A stretch of DNA of 64,000 nucleotides from Chitinophagales bacterium. GTDB lineage: Bacteria > Bacteroidota > Bacteroidia > Chitinophagales > JADIYW01. The notes below the pieces were generated by a model, which ran no database searches, was not told the DNA's origin, and saw only the letters and a program-made list of their open reading frames with translations. Each line of letters opens with the position of its first letter. The stretch's first letter is position 1. The stretch is taken from NCBI GenBank assembly GCA_044227665.1, contig JBGAWK010000001.1, positions 32,324-96,323 on the forward strand, in the 5' to 3' direction. The position numbers were made by a program, and so were the translations under genes. This document shows positions 20,934 to 29,942 of the stretch, piece by piece.

Positions 20934-22769
20934 ATGTCGAAGAGTGGAATTATACAGCTATTACCAGATGCTATTGCAAATCAGATTGCTGCCGGAGAGG
21001 TAATACAGCGTCCTGCCAGTGTCGTAAAGGAACTCTTAGAGAACGCCATAGATGCAGATGCTAAGTCCATAAGCCTGATTGTAAAAGATGCGGGACGTTC
21101 TTCTATACAGGTGATAGACGACGGCAAGGGTATGAGTATTACAGATGCACGGATGTGCTTCGAGCGTCATGCTACTTCAAAGCTTCGAAATATTGACGAC
21201 TTATTCTCCTTGGATACCATGGGATTTCGGGGAGAAGCACTAGCCTCCATTGCAGCAGTAGCGCAAGTGGAGATGAAAACCAAACTCGCCGAGGATACTG
21301 CTGGTACTAGAATTGCCATAGAAGGCAGCAATTTATTAGCACAAGAAACATGTAGCCACACCGTCGGCACTAGTATGACGGTAAAAAATCTCTTTTACAA
21401 TGTTCCTGCACGTCGCAATTTTTTGAAGTCAACCCAAGTAGAAACTAAGCATATTATAGATGAATTTATTCACATTGCACTTGCCTATCCAGACATAGCC
21501 TTTTCTTTATTTCACAATGGCGCCGAAGTATATAACCTAAAAACAGGCAACCTCAGGCAACGCATCGTAGGGCTTTTTGGCAAAAACCACAACGAAATGC
21601 TAGTACCTGTAGCTGAAGAGACAGACTATATTACTATTCAAGGATTTATAGGCAAGCCCGAGATAGCAAAAAAAACGCGCGGCGAGCAGTTTTTTTTCGT
21701 CAACAAAAGATATATCAAGAGTGTATTTCTGAATAGTGCTATCACCAAAGCTTATGAAGGCTTAATTACCGACAAGACATTTCCCTTCTATTGTCTTTTT
21801 ATAGATATTCATCCCAAACATATAGATGTAAATGTTCATCCCACGAAACAGGAGATAAAATTTGACGACGAACGCAGTGTATATATGATGCTGAATGCTG
21901 CTGGCAAGCGTGGGCTAGCAAAGTATAGTGTCACTCCGATGTTGGACTTCGAACAAGAGGCCTCGTTCACAGAGATGCGCTCCTTCAACCAAAGATTTTC
22001 TTCCGACATCCTTCCCGAGGGTTTCTCCGGAGGACATGGTATAGGCCTCTCTCGACAAAACTACAACTCGGGACAGCAAGACTGGCGAGCGTTGTTTTCC
22101 TTCAACGACCAAGAAAAAGAACGTATAATTACTATACCAAGCAAAGGAAATCTTTACGATGACAGTACTACAGAAACCATTGCCAGCACACCTGACAAAG
22201 AGAAAGTTGCTTTTACACCTATACAGATAAACAACACCTATATTCTCACCCAAATTAAGTCGGCACTACTCCTGATACATCAACAAAGAGCACATGAACG
22301 CATACTCTTCGAGCAGTATCAGAAGGCTTTTGACAATCCTCAGACCGCTGTACAGAAACGGCTTTTCCCAAAGACCATAGAACTTTCCCCCACAGATAGC
22401 GTTTTACTCCAAGGTATGCTGGAAGATATGCGCTTATTAGGTTTTGACATAGAAAATTTTGGCAGCACAACTTACGTACTACATGCTTTGCCAGAAGATA
22501 TTCGTGAAGAAGAGGTAGAAGATGTCATCTATAGCTTGCTAGAACAAGAGAAAGAGGCTCAGAAACCCTCCTTGTCACAGTATAGATCCAAAATTAGCAT
22601 GACATTAGCGAAGAAAGCGGCGATAGGCGTAGGTGTCTCTTTGTCTGCAACGGCTATATCCCATCTTTTAGATAGTCTCTTTGCCTGTGAGATGCCGGCA
22701 GCAGGTATTGGTGGCAGCCCTACCTTTATTACATTATCCTTTGACGATATTGAAAAACAGTTTAGATAA
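20934..22769 (+). CDS. mutL: DNA mismatch repair protein MutL
   Basis: GHKL ATPase N-terminus IQLLPDAIANQIAAGEVIQRPASVVKELLENAIDA, DDGKGM, GFRGEAL. Start taken at ATG 20934 (MSKSGIIQL) rather than TTG 20916. Confidence 0.9.
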   Translation: MSKSGIIQLLPDAIANQIAAGEVIQRPASVVKELLENAIDADAKSISLIVKDAGRSSIQVIDDGKGMSITDARMCFERHATSKLRNIDDLFSLDTMGFRGEALASIAAVAQVEMKTKLAEDTAGTRIAIEGSNLLAQETCSHTVGTSMTVKNLFYNVPARRNFLKSTQVETKHIIDEFIHIALAYPDIAFSLFHNGAEVYNLKTGNLRQRIVGLFGKNHNEMLVPVAEETDYITIQGFIGKPEIAKKTRGEQFFFVNKRYIKSVFLNSAITKAYEGLITDKTFPFYCLFIDIHPKHIDVNVHPTKQEIKFDDERSVYMMLNAAGKRGLAKYSVTPMLDFEQEASFTEMRSFNQRFSSDILPEGFSGGHGIGLSRQNYNSGQQDWRALFSFNDQEKERIITIPSKGNLYDDSTTETIASTPDKEKVAFTPIQINNTYILTQIKSALLLIHQQRAHERILFEQYQKAFDNPQTAVQKRLFPKTIELSPTDSVLLQGMLEDMRLLGFDIENFGSTTYVLHALPEDIREEEVEDVIYSLLEQEKEAQKPSLSQYRSKISMTLAKKAAIGVGVSLSATAISHLLDSLFACEMPAAGIGGSPTFITLSFDDIEKQFR

Positions 22770-22772
22770 CAC

Positions 22773-23483
22773 ATGGAATCTTTTAAGCGCTATGAGCAAA
22801 CGGGCATACCGGTAGTAACCAAAAACATTATGATAGTCAACACTCTAGTACTGGTGGCTACCGAACTTTTGGGGTATAAAACGTTGCTTTTTGAGCGTTT
22901 TGCACTCTACTATCCTTTCTCCCCAGAATTCAATCCCGTACAATTACTTACTCATATATTTTTACATGGAGGGTTTTTCCATTTTTTCTTCAATATGTTT
23001 ACGCTTTTCAATTTCGGGATATTATTAGAAAGAATTTGGGGCGCTAAGCGTTTTTTTACTTTTTATATTTTGACTGGTATTGGTGCCGCTGTCTTTTATA
23101 GTATTACAAAAATTCTCATCGTATATTACTATACTGGAGGGGTAGATTTGTACATAAATATGCCCATAGAAGTATCCGACCCGATAGTATTGGGCAAACT
23201 TGGGCAACAGCTCGCACCCTGTGTGGGCGCCTCGGGAGCAATATGTGGTGTGCTGGCGGCATTCGCCGTATTGTTTCCCAATACGATGATTATGTCTATG
23301 ATTCCGCCCATTCCCATGAAAGCCAAATATTTCATCCCCCTGTTTATGTTGCTGAGTCTCACTATGGGTGTCGCCAACTTCAGCTGGGACAATATAGCAC
23401 ATTTTGCACATCTAGGCGGTGCCGTCATTGGCTATATTCTAGTAAAATATTGGAATATGCACAATAAAACCGAATTTTATTGA
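22773..23483 (+). CDS. Rhomboid-family intramembrane serine protease
   Basis: Polytopic. HIFLHGGFFHFFFNM, catalytic-Ser motif GASGAICGV, His motif HLGGAVIGY. Confidence 0.85.
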   Translation: MESFKRYEQTGIPVVTKNIMIVNTLVLVATELLGYKTLLFERFALYYPFSPEFNPVQLLTHIFLHGGFFHFFFNMFTLFNFGILLERIWGAKRFFTFYILTGIGAAVFYSITKILIVYYYTGGVDLYINMPIEVSDPIVLGKLGQQLAPCVGASGAICGVLAAFAVLFPNTMIMSMIPPIPMKAKYFIPLFMLLSLTMGVANFSWDNIAHFAHLGGAVIGYILVKYWNMHNKTEFY

Positions 23484-23484
23484 T

Positions 23485-24375
23485 ATGTCTGACAATCCCA
23501 TAGTGCGCTCTTTACTAAAGTCGTGGCGGTTTGGCGATACCGTTGTAAGATTAATCTATATCAACGTTAGTGTATTTGTACTATTGAATATATTACTATT
23601 GGCAGATCGGATTGGCAGTCCCCGATTGGCGTTTGGGAGATTTGTAGAAATACTTTTACTGCCCTCAGATACTATTAAGGCACTAAAGCATTTTTGGGCT
23701 TTCTTTACGTACATGTTTTGTCACATAGATCCCATGCATATTTTTTTCAATATGGTAGGGCTGTATGTCTTTGGCAGAATATTACGAGAGTATATAGGAG
23801 ACGGAAAAGTATTGCCTCTGTATATTTTTGGCGGTATTGGCGGGGCTGTTTTTTTCTTATCTTTTATTTCCCTGTTTGATAGTGGCAGCAGCACCCTCAT
23901 CGGTGCTTCGGCAGGAATTATGGCTATAGTGGTAGGTGCCGCTACCCTTGTGCCAGACAACACCCTTTACTTATTGTTTTTTGGACAGGTACGACTAGTA
24001 TGGGTGGCGTTGTTATACTTTATATTCGATATGGTAGCACTACGCATGGGCGGCAACGAAGGGGGGCATCTAGCGCATATCGGGGGAGCCATTATCGGAT
24101 ATATCTTTATCAAGTCCTTACAAAACGGCAGAGATTTTTCTATCTATTTTTATAAAATATCCGATTATTTTTTGCGCTTTTTTAAAAAAACCCCTACAAT
24201 GAAAGCTTATCGCAACAATACCTACACAACCTCCTCCTCAAAAGAGACTTATACCACCTCTCCTGACAAACAAGCCAAGCTCGACGCTATTCTTGATAAA
24301 ATCAACAAATCGGGATATGATAGCCTAAATAAAGAAGAGAAAGAATTTCTATTTTTAATGAGTAAAGAGCAATAA
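23485..24375 (+). CDS. Rhomboid-family protein with C-terminal soluble extension
   Basis: FCHIDPMHIFFNM, GASAGIMAI, HIGGAIIGY, plus a roughly 70-aa hydrophilic tail (LDAILDKINKSGYDSLNKEEKEFL). Confidence 0.8.
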   Translation: MSDNPIVRSLLKSWRFGDTVVRLIYINVSVFVLLNILLLADRIGSPRLAFGRFVEILLLPSDTIKALKHFWAFFTYMFCHIDPMHIFFNMVGLYVFGRILREYIGDGKVLPLYIFGGIGGAVFFLSFISLFDSGSSTLIGASAGIMAIVVGAATLVPDNTLYLLFFGQVRLVWVALLYFIFDMVALRMGGNEGGHLAHIGGAIIGYIFIKSLQNGRDFSIYFYKISDYFLRFFKKTPTMKAYRNNTYTTSSSKETYTTSPDKQAKLDAILDKINKSGYDSLNKEEKEFLFLMSKEQ

Positions 24376-25493
24376 TGTTTAAAAAAATACTTAAAGCCCT
24401 GCTTTCCATATCTACCCGTACGGCAAATATAGCCTCGGCCTTGCTGCTTTTATTATCCATAGGAGCATATTATATAAATCCTGATATCGTATGGCTATTT
24501 GGGCCGTTAGGGTTGCTTTTTCCTTTAATCTTAGGCATAAATATCTTGTTTGTTATCAGTTGGTTGATACGCCGTAGAGGTTTTTTTATTTTATCTTTAG
24601 TCTGTATCTTACTAGCTCTGCCACAGACAAAAAGTTTGTTTTCTGTAGGCAAGTTCTTCAATTCTCATAAGACCGATGCTGCCAAAATCACGGTGATGAA
24701 CTATAATGTGCGCTGTTTCGACTTATATAATTGGGATGAAAACTTAAACTCCAAGGCTAAAATGTTTACGGCTATACAGTCAGCAAATCCTGATGTGATA
24801 TGTTTTCAGGAGTTCTATACGGATGACTCCAAAGGATTCAACACGATACGCCAGTTACATGATATGGGCTTTCCCCATCATTATCTGTCTAAAGAATTGG
24901 TGCTGAAAGGCAACAATGTATGGGCTATAGCCATTTTTTCTAAATATCCCTTTATAGATACCGGAAAATTCCTGTTTCAAGAGAAACCTACTAGCTTCGG
25001 GTGGAATCCCTACAAAGGAATCTACGGAGATATAGCCGTAGGCGATACTACGCTTAGAATTACGACAGTACATCTGTCGTCAGTATTTTTCCAAGAGCAA
25101 GATTATGATGCTATCAGAGACCTAAAAGCAGAGAAGAAAATTGATAAAAAAAGAAGCGAACGTATTCTCACAAAACTCAGAGATGGCTTCTCCAACCGTG
25201 GAGTACAAGGCGTATTTTTATCCTCTTTTATCGCTTCCTCTCCCCACCCTGTTATCCTTAGTGGCGATTTCAACGACACCCCTTCATCTTTCGTATATCA
25301 TTGTGCTGGTAAGCACTTGAAAGATGCTTTTGTAAGTGCCGACAGGGGCTTTGGCTTCACCTACAATGGTCCTATTCCTTTTCTAAGAATTGACTATATT
25401 TTTTCTGATAAAAAAATACATGCCACAGATGCTTATACCATAAATGAAAAATCCTCAGATCATAAGCCTGTAGTCGCATCATTCACCTGGTAA
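24375..25493 (+). CDS. Membrane-anchored endonuclease/exonuclease/phosphatase (EEP) family protein
   Basis: Three N-terminal TM segments, then EEP blocks (VMNYNVRCF, DVICFQEF, LSGDFNDTP, SDHKPVVASF). The start overlaps the upstream stop by 1 nt (TAATG). Confidence 0.8.
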   Translation: MFKKILKALLSISTRTANIASALLLLLSIGAYYINPDIVWLFGPLGLLFPLILGINILFVISWLIRRRGFFILSLVCILLALPQTKSLFSVGKFFNSHKTDAAKITVMNYNVRCFDLYNWDENLNSKAKMFTAIQSANPDVICFQEFYTDDSKGFNTIRQLHDMGFPHHYLSKELVLKGNNVWAIAIFSKYPFIDTGKFLFQEKPTSFGWNPYKGIYGDIAVGDTTLRITTVHLSSVFFQEQDYDAIRDLKAEKKIDKKRSERILTKLRDGFSNRGVQGVFLSSFIASSPHPVILSGDFNDTPSSFVYHCAGKHLKDAFVSADRGFGFTYNGPIPFLRIDYIFSDKKIHATDAYTINEKSSDHKPVVASFTW

Positions 25494-25502
25494 AATTATT
25501 CA

Positions 25503-26150
25503 ATGAAAAAAACTGCTGTCATCGCCGGAGCCTCCGGACTAGTGGGCAACTTGCTCCTACACTCCTTGCTGTCATCGCCTGAATATGACAAAGTAACAGC
25601 CCTTGTAAGAAAATCTATAGACCTACAGCATCCCAAATTGGAGCAACTTGTTGTAAACTTTGATAAACTTGAGGATAGCCTTTCCGGCATCTATGCCGAA
25701 GACGTATTTTGTTGCTTGGGTACTACTATGAAAAAAGCGGGTAGCAAAGATGCTTTCAAAAAGGTAGATTATGACTATGTAGTAGCTTTGGCAAAGGCGA
25801 TGAAGGCTAATGGCGCACAGCAGTTCTTGGTCATCACCGCTATGGGTGCGGACAAAAATTCTTTTATATACTATAATAAAATAAAAGGGCAGGCAGAAGA
25901 AGCCTTACAGAATCTTGGATTTTCAACATTACATATTATCAGACCTTCTTTAATTATGGGCGAAAGAAACGAACATCGTCTTGGCGAAGCTATAGCACAG
26001 AAGGTACTGCCGACATTCGACATTTTCATGAAAGGATATTTGAAAAAATTTGCTGCCGTGCCTGCCGACAAAATTGCATATAAACTATTGCAATTGGCAC
26101 AGCAAAATATTAAAGGCTGCCACATACATTTGTCTAATACAATTCATTAA
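25503..26150 (+). CDS. NAD(P)H-binding atypical SDR (HTATIP2/NmrA-like)
   Basis: Rossmann motif KKTAVIAGASGLVGNLLL. 215 aa. Confidence 0.65.
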   Translation: MKKTAVIAGASGLVGNLLLHSLLSSPEYDKVTALVRKSIDLQHPKLEQLVVNFDKLEDSLSGIYAEDVFCCLGTTMKKAGSKDAFKKVDYDYVVALAKAMKANGAQQFLVITAMGADKNSFIYYNKIKGQAEEALQNLGFSTLHIIRPSLIMGERNEHRLGEAIAQKVLPTFDIFMKGYLKKFAAVPADKIAYKLLQLAQQNIKGCHIHLSNTIH

Positions 26151-26185
26151 TTTCGTTGGCAGAAAATTACTACAAGAGTTACGAT

Positions 26186-27325
26186 ATGAAATTTGCTACA
26201 AAAGTCATACACGCGGGCATACATCCCGACCCTACTACAGGTGCCATTATGACCCCCATCTTCCAGACTTCTACATACGTGCAGGAGGCAGTAGGCAAGC
26301 ATAAAGGATATGAATATGCCCGTACACAAAATCCTACTAGAGATACCCTCCAAAATAATTTGGCGGCATTAGAAAATGGTAATTACGGAGTATGTTTTGG
26401 GAGTGGTCTTGCCGCTACCGATGCCATCCTAAAACTCTTCAATCCCGGCGACGAAATAATTTCTTGTGATGACCTCTACGGTGGGACATACCGAATATTT
26501 ACTAGGGTTTTTGAGCGCTATGGCATAAAATTCTCCTTTGTATCTATGCGAGATTTAGACAATATAGAAAGTAGAATCACGCCACAGACCAAGATGATAT
26601 GGCTGGAAACCCCTACAAATCCTATGCTCAATGTCGTAGATATTGCCGCTGTAGCGAGTATAGCACGCAGCAAGGGCATATTGCTGACCGTAGATAATAC
26701 CTTTGCGTCTCCTTACCTACAGCAACCCCTAGATTTGGGTGCCGACATCGTAATACATTCGGCTACCAAATACTTGGGTGGACACTCTGATGTCATCTTG
26801 GGGGCTATCGTCATCAAAGATAAGGCTCTCGCCGACCAACTATATTTTCTGCAAAATGCCTGTGGTGCTGTTCCGGGGCCACAAGATTGCTTCTTAGTAT
26901 TGCGTGGCATCAAGACATTACACGTGCGTATGGACAGAGCTTGTGAGAATGCAATGGATATAGCCAAATTTCTGAGCCATCACCCAAAAGTTTGGGCTGT
27001 AAATTATCCCGGACTGGCTTCGCATCCCGACCACGAAATTGCCAAAAAACAGATGAAACACTATGGTGCCATGATCTCTTTTTATCTCAACGACGATACT
27101 AATGATGCTGCCGAGCGTCTTTTGGGTAAGACCAAATTGTTCTCATTAGCGGAATCCTTAGGTGGTGTAGAGTCGCTCATAGGACATCCTGCCACGATGA
27201 CTCACGCCTCCATTCCAGCAGAAGAGCGCCAAAAGACTGGCGTTCACGACTCTCTGATTCGACTGAGTATAGGCATAGAAGATGTGGATGACCTTATTGC
27301 AGATCTCTCTCACGCCATAGGATAG
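26186..27325 (+). CDS. Cys/Met-metabolism PLP enzyme (cystathionine gamma-synthase/beta-lyase/gamma-lyase family)
   Basis: MKFATKVIHAG..., PLP-lysine block HSATKYLGGHSDV, C-terminal RLSIGIEDVDDLIADL. Start taken at ATG 26186 instead of TTG 26156. Confidence 0.85.
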   Translation: MKFATKVIHAGIHPDPTTGAIMTPIFQTSTYVQEAVGKHKGYEYARTQNPTRDTLQNNLAALENGNYGVCFGSGLAATDAILKLFNPGDEIISCDDLYGGTYRIFTRVFERYGIKFSFVSMRDLDNIESRITPQTKMIWLETPTNPMLNVVDIAAVASIARSKGILLTVDNTFASPYLQQPLDLGADIVIHSATKYLGGHSDVILGAIVIKDKALADQLYFLQNACGAVPGPQDCFLVLRGIKTLHVRMDRACENAMDIAKFLSHHPKVWAVNYPGLASHPDHEIAKKQMKHYGAMISFYLNDDTNDAAERLLGKTKLFSLAESLGGVESLIGHPATMTHASIPAEERQKTGVHDSLIRLSIGIEDVDDLIADLSHAIG

Positions 27326-27330
27326 TATGT

Positions 27331-28104
27331 ATGCCGTATGAGGAAAAGACAGCCCTTCTCTTGGACTACTATTTCCACAAATACAACAATAAAACTTTTA
27401 TTGGCGATGATCCTATATCCATTCCGCATCGCTACACCCTGAGGCAGGATATAGAAATTGCGGCATTCTTTTCGGCTATCATAGCCTGGGGACAGCGCAA
27501 GACAATAATTAACAACGCCAACAAATTGATGCTCTTAATGGATAATGCACCCGCCTCCTTTATCAAGAATCATCAAGATAAAGATTTGTGTGTTTTTGAA
27601 AAATATGTGCATCGCACCTTTAATAGCACAGATTTACTATTTTTTATCGCCTTTTTCAAAGAATGGTATCATTACCATGATTCCATGGAATCCCTGTTCT
27701 TTCCGGCACGTCATGGCTATGACGCAAAAGAGGCTTTAATAAAATTCCATACAACATTGACACAAGCACGCTACTTTCCTTCCCGCACCAAGAAACATAT
27801 AGCAAATCCCCTAAAAAATTCTACCTGCAAACGCCTGAATATGTTTTTGAGGTGGATGATACGCAACGATGACCAAGGCGTAGATTTTGGATTATGGAAC
27901 AGCATCTCTCCGGCACAATTGATGTGTCCCGTAGATGTACATGTAGAGAATTATGCCAGACAACTGGGATTAATGACACGAAAAAGCCGAGACTGGACTG
28001 CTGTAGAAGAACTCACGACAAGCCTTTCTTTGTATTGCCCCGAGGATCCTGTAAAATATGACTATGCACTATTTGGCATGGGCATAGAAAAAGCTATCTT
28101 ATAA
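27331..28104 (+). CDS. TIGR02757/DUF2400-family protein
   Basis: 257 aa. DPISIPHRY...DIEIAAFFSAIIAWGQRKTII and LMCPVDVHV blocks as I recall for this family. Function unknown. Confidence 0.5.
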   Translation: MPYEEKTALLLDYYFHKYNNKTFIGDDPISIPHRYTLRQDIEIAAFFSAIIAWGQRKTIINNANKLMLLMDNAPASFIKNHQDKDLCVFEKYVHRTFNSTDLLFFIAFFKEWYHYHDSMESLFFPARHGYDAKEALIKFHTTLTQARYFPSRTKKHIANPLKNSTCKRLNMFLRWMIRNDDQGVDFGLWNSISPAQLMCPVDVHVENYARQLGLMTRKSRDWTAVEELTTSLSLYCPEDPVKYDYALFGMGIEKAIL

Positions 28105-28675
28105 CCTTACCTAGCCCCGTAACGACAGAGGCTATACGTATGGCATCCCACACTCTGTTTTCTGTACTTCCTGCTGCCATCACAGATGCTTCATGGGATT
28201 TTACACACATCTCACAGCCATTCACCGCCGATACTGCCAAAGACAATAATTCAAAGAATTCTTTGCCCAATACCGGAGACATCATGATATTCATACGCAA
28301 TCGAGCTGGAGCGGTATTATAATATTCTTTGCCTACAAAATGGCGAAAGCGGTAGAAGACATTGTTCACGCTTAATAATGAGGCTACGGCTATGGCTTCC
28401 GCTATATCTTCGGATGTTGCTCCTTGTTCCGTAGCGATGTTTTTATAGGTATTTATTAAGATATCGTTTGCATTATTTGCCGCTACACAAAGGGCAAGTA
28501 GTGCCGTTTCTTTTGCCGTAAGGTGATCGCTTTCCAAAACGGTTTTTACATTCATTCGCAAATCTCTCACGTATTTATGCTGTCCCTCTGCTAATAGTTG
28601 CAATGCCTGTATTTCGCTTATGTTTTTGTCACTAAGGCGTAAATCTTCCAAAAGTGCCTGTATTGTTTCTTCCAT
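28094..28675 (-). CDS. ahpD: AhpD-like alkylhydroperoxidase (carboxymuconolactone decarboxylase family)
   Basis: 193 aa. Active-site CxxC in VNGCEMCVKSHE. Immediately downstream of ahpC. Confidence 0.8.
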   Translation of the reverse strand: MEETIQALLEDLRLSDKNISEIQALQLLAEGQHKYVRDLRMNVKTVLESDHLTAKETALLALCVAANNANDILINTYKNIATEQGATSEDIAEAIAVASLLSVNNVFYRFRHFVGKEYYNTAPARLRMNIMMSPVLGKEFFELLSLAVSAVNGCEMCVKSHEASVMAAGSTENRVWDAIRIASVVTGLGKVIR

Positions 28676-28791
28676 ATCTACGTATTATAAATAAAAAGCT
28701 TAGCATACCCCTTTTTCATTTCTATTCCACTTTCTTGCCATGGAATCCAATGTGTATGGGCTATGCTAAGCATATAAAGACTAAAAATATT

Positions 28792-29343
28792 TTAGCTTAA
28801 CGTCTTCTGTCCTTTCTCCCAGTTACAAGGGCAAAGTTCATCCGTTTGTAGGGCATCCAATACGCGCAACACTTCTTTGACATTTCTACCTACAGAAAGA
28901 TCGTTCACACTTACCCAGCGCACTATACCTTGTGGGTCCACGATAAAGGTAGCTCTATAGCATATTTTTTCGTCTTCGTTCAAGATACCTAAGTCTTCGG
29001 ATAAGGATTTAGAGGTATCGGCAAGCATAGGATGCTTGAGGCCTCTAAGGTCGTCGTGAGCCGTTCTCCATCCCAAGTGTACGAACTCTGAGTCTGTAGA
29101 GGCACCTATAAGTACTGCTTCTCTGTCTCTGAACTCGCCATTGGCTTTGTCAAATTCTGAAATTTCTGTTGGACATACAAAAGTGAAATCTTTGGGCCAA
29201 AAATAGATAACCATCCATTTGCCGTCTTTTTTGTGGTCTTCGCTGGTAATAGTTGCGAACTCTTTACCTTTTTCTAGGCTTACCACCGCTTTTTTTGAAA
29301 ATGCAGGAAAGGGTTTTCCTACTGCAATAATTCCTTGTGACAT
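28792..29343 (-). CDS. ahpC: Peroxiredoxin AhpC (typical 2-Cys)
   Basis: Peroxidatic Cys block DFTFVCPTE. Resolving Cys region ELCPCNW. Confidence 0.9.
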   Translation of the reverse strand: MSQGIIAVGKPFPAFSKKAVVSLEKGKEFATITSEDHKKDGKWMVIYFWPKDFTFVCPTEISEFDKANGEFRDREAVLIGASTDSEFVHLGWRTAHDDLRGLKHPMLADTSKSLSEDLGILNEDEKICYRATFIVDPQGIVRWVSVNDLSVGRNVKEVLRVLDALQTDELCPCNWEKGQKTLS

Positions 29344-29377
29344 TTTTACTTGTTTTTTTATGTTTTACAAAAATAAT

Positions 29378-29854
29378 TTACTTGAGCCATGCGTTTAGCA
29401 TCCATACCAATTTTTCTTTCTCGGCTATATCATCCGTGAGGAGTGTGATAGAGCCTTCGTCTTCAGCGTCTTGCGCTACTTTTACTGTCTTGCGCTCCAA
29501 AGAAATTATGACACCTATATTGCTTGCTATCATTTCTACCGAATCTATATCATTCATGATTTTGCTCACTTCGTGGAATGCTGAGTATTTGATATAATCA
29601 GAGAATGTAAATAATGGCGTCCCTCCCAAGGTGAGGATGCGTTCTGCCAAGGCATCTATCTTGAGTAGGGCATCATTGTACAATTCTTCAAATTTTAGGT
29701 GTAATTCAAAGAAATGATTGCCGGCAATATTCCAATGAAAGCCTCTGAGGTTTTGATAATAAATATGATAGGTAGCCAATAAATCATTGAGTTCTTCTAC
29801 TAATTTATCTGCTTTTTTGGCATCAATACCTATCTGGTTAAATTTCTTTGACAT
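29378..29854 (-). CDS. dps: Dps (DNA protection during starvation, ferritin-like)
   Basis: 158 aa. NLRGFHWNIAGNHFFELHLKFEELY ferroxidase-site pattern. Confidence 0.9.
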   Translation of the reverse strand: MSKKFNQIGIDAKKADKLVEELNDLLATYHIYYQNLRGFHWNIAGNHFFELHLKFEELYNDALLKIDALAERILTLGGTPLFTFSDYIKYSAFHEVSKIMNDIDSVEMIASNIGVIISLERKTVKVAQDAEDEGSITLLTDDIAEKEKLVWMLNAWLK

Positions 29855-29877
29855 ATATTCCTTTAGTTATTACAACA

Positions 29878-29892
29878 CAATATTAGATAATA
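29878..29892 (-). promoter_or_regulatory. Candidate dps promoter -7 box overlapping a small AT palindrome (possible Fur/PerR-type operator)
   Basis: The minus strand reads TATTATCTAATATTG. TAATATTG matches TAnnTTTG at 7 of 8 positions and ends 23 nt before the dps ATG. TATTAGATAATA (29881-29892) is a 5-2-5 inverted repeat containing a GATAAT hexamer. Confidence 0.3.
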
Positions 29893-29942
29893 GGTTTTTG
29901 TTACAGAATTTATTATTTTTATACTTTAATAAGTTTTTATTA

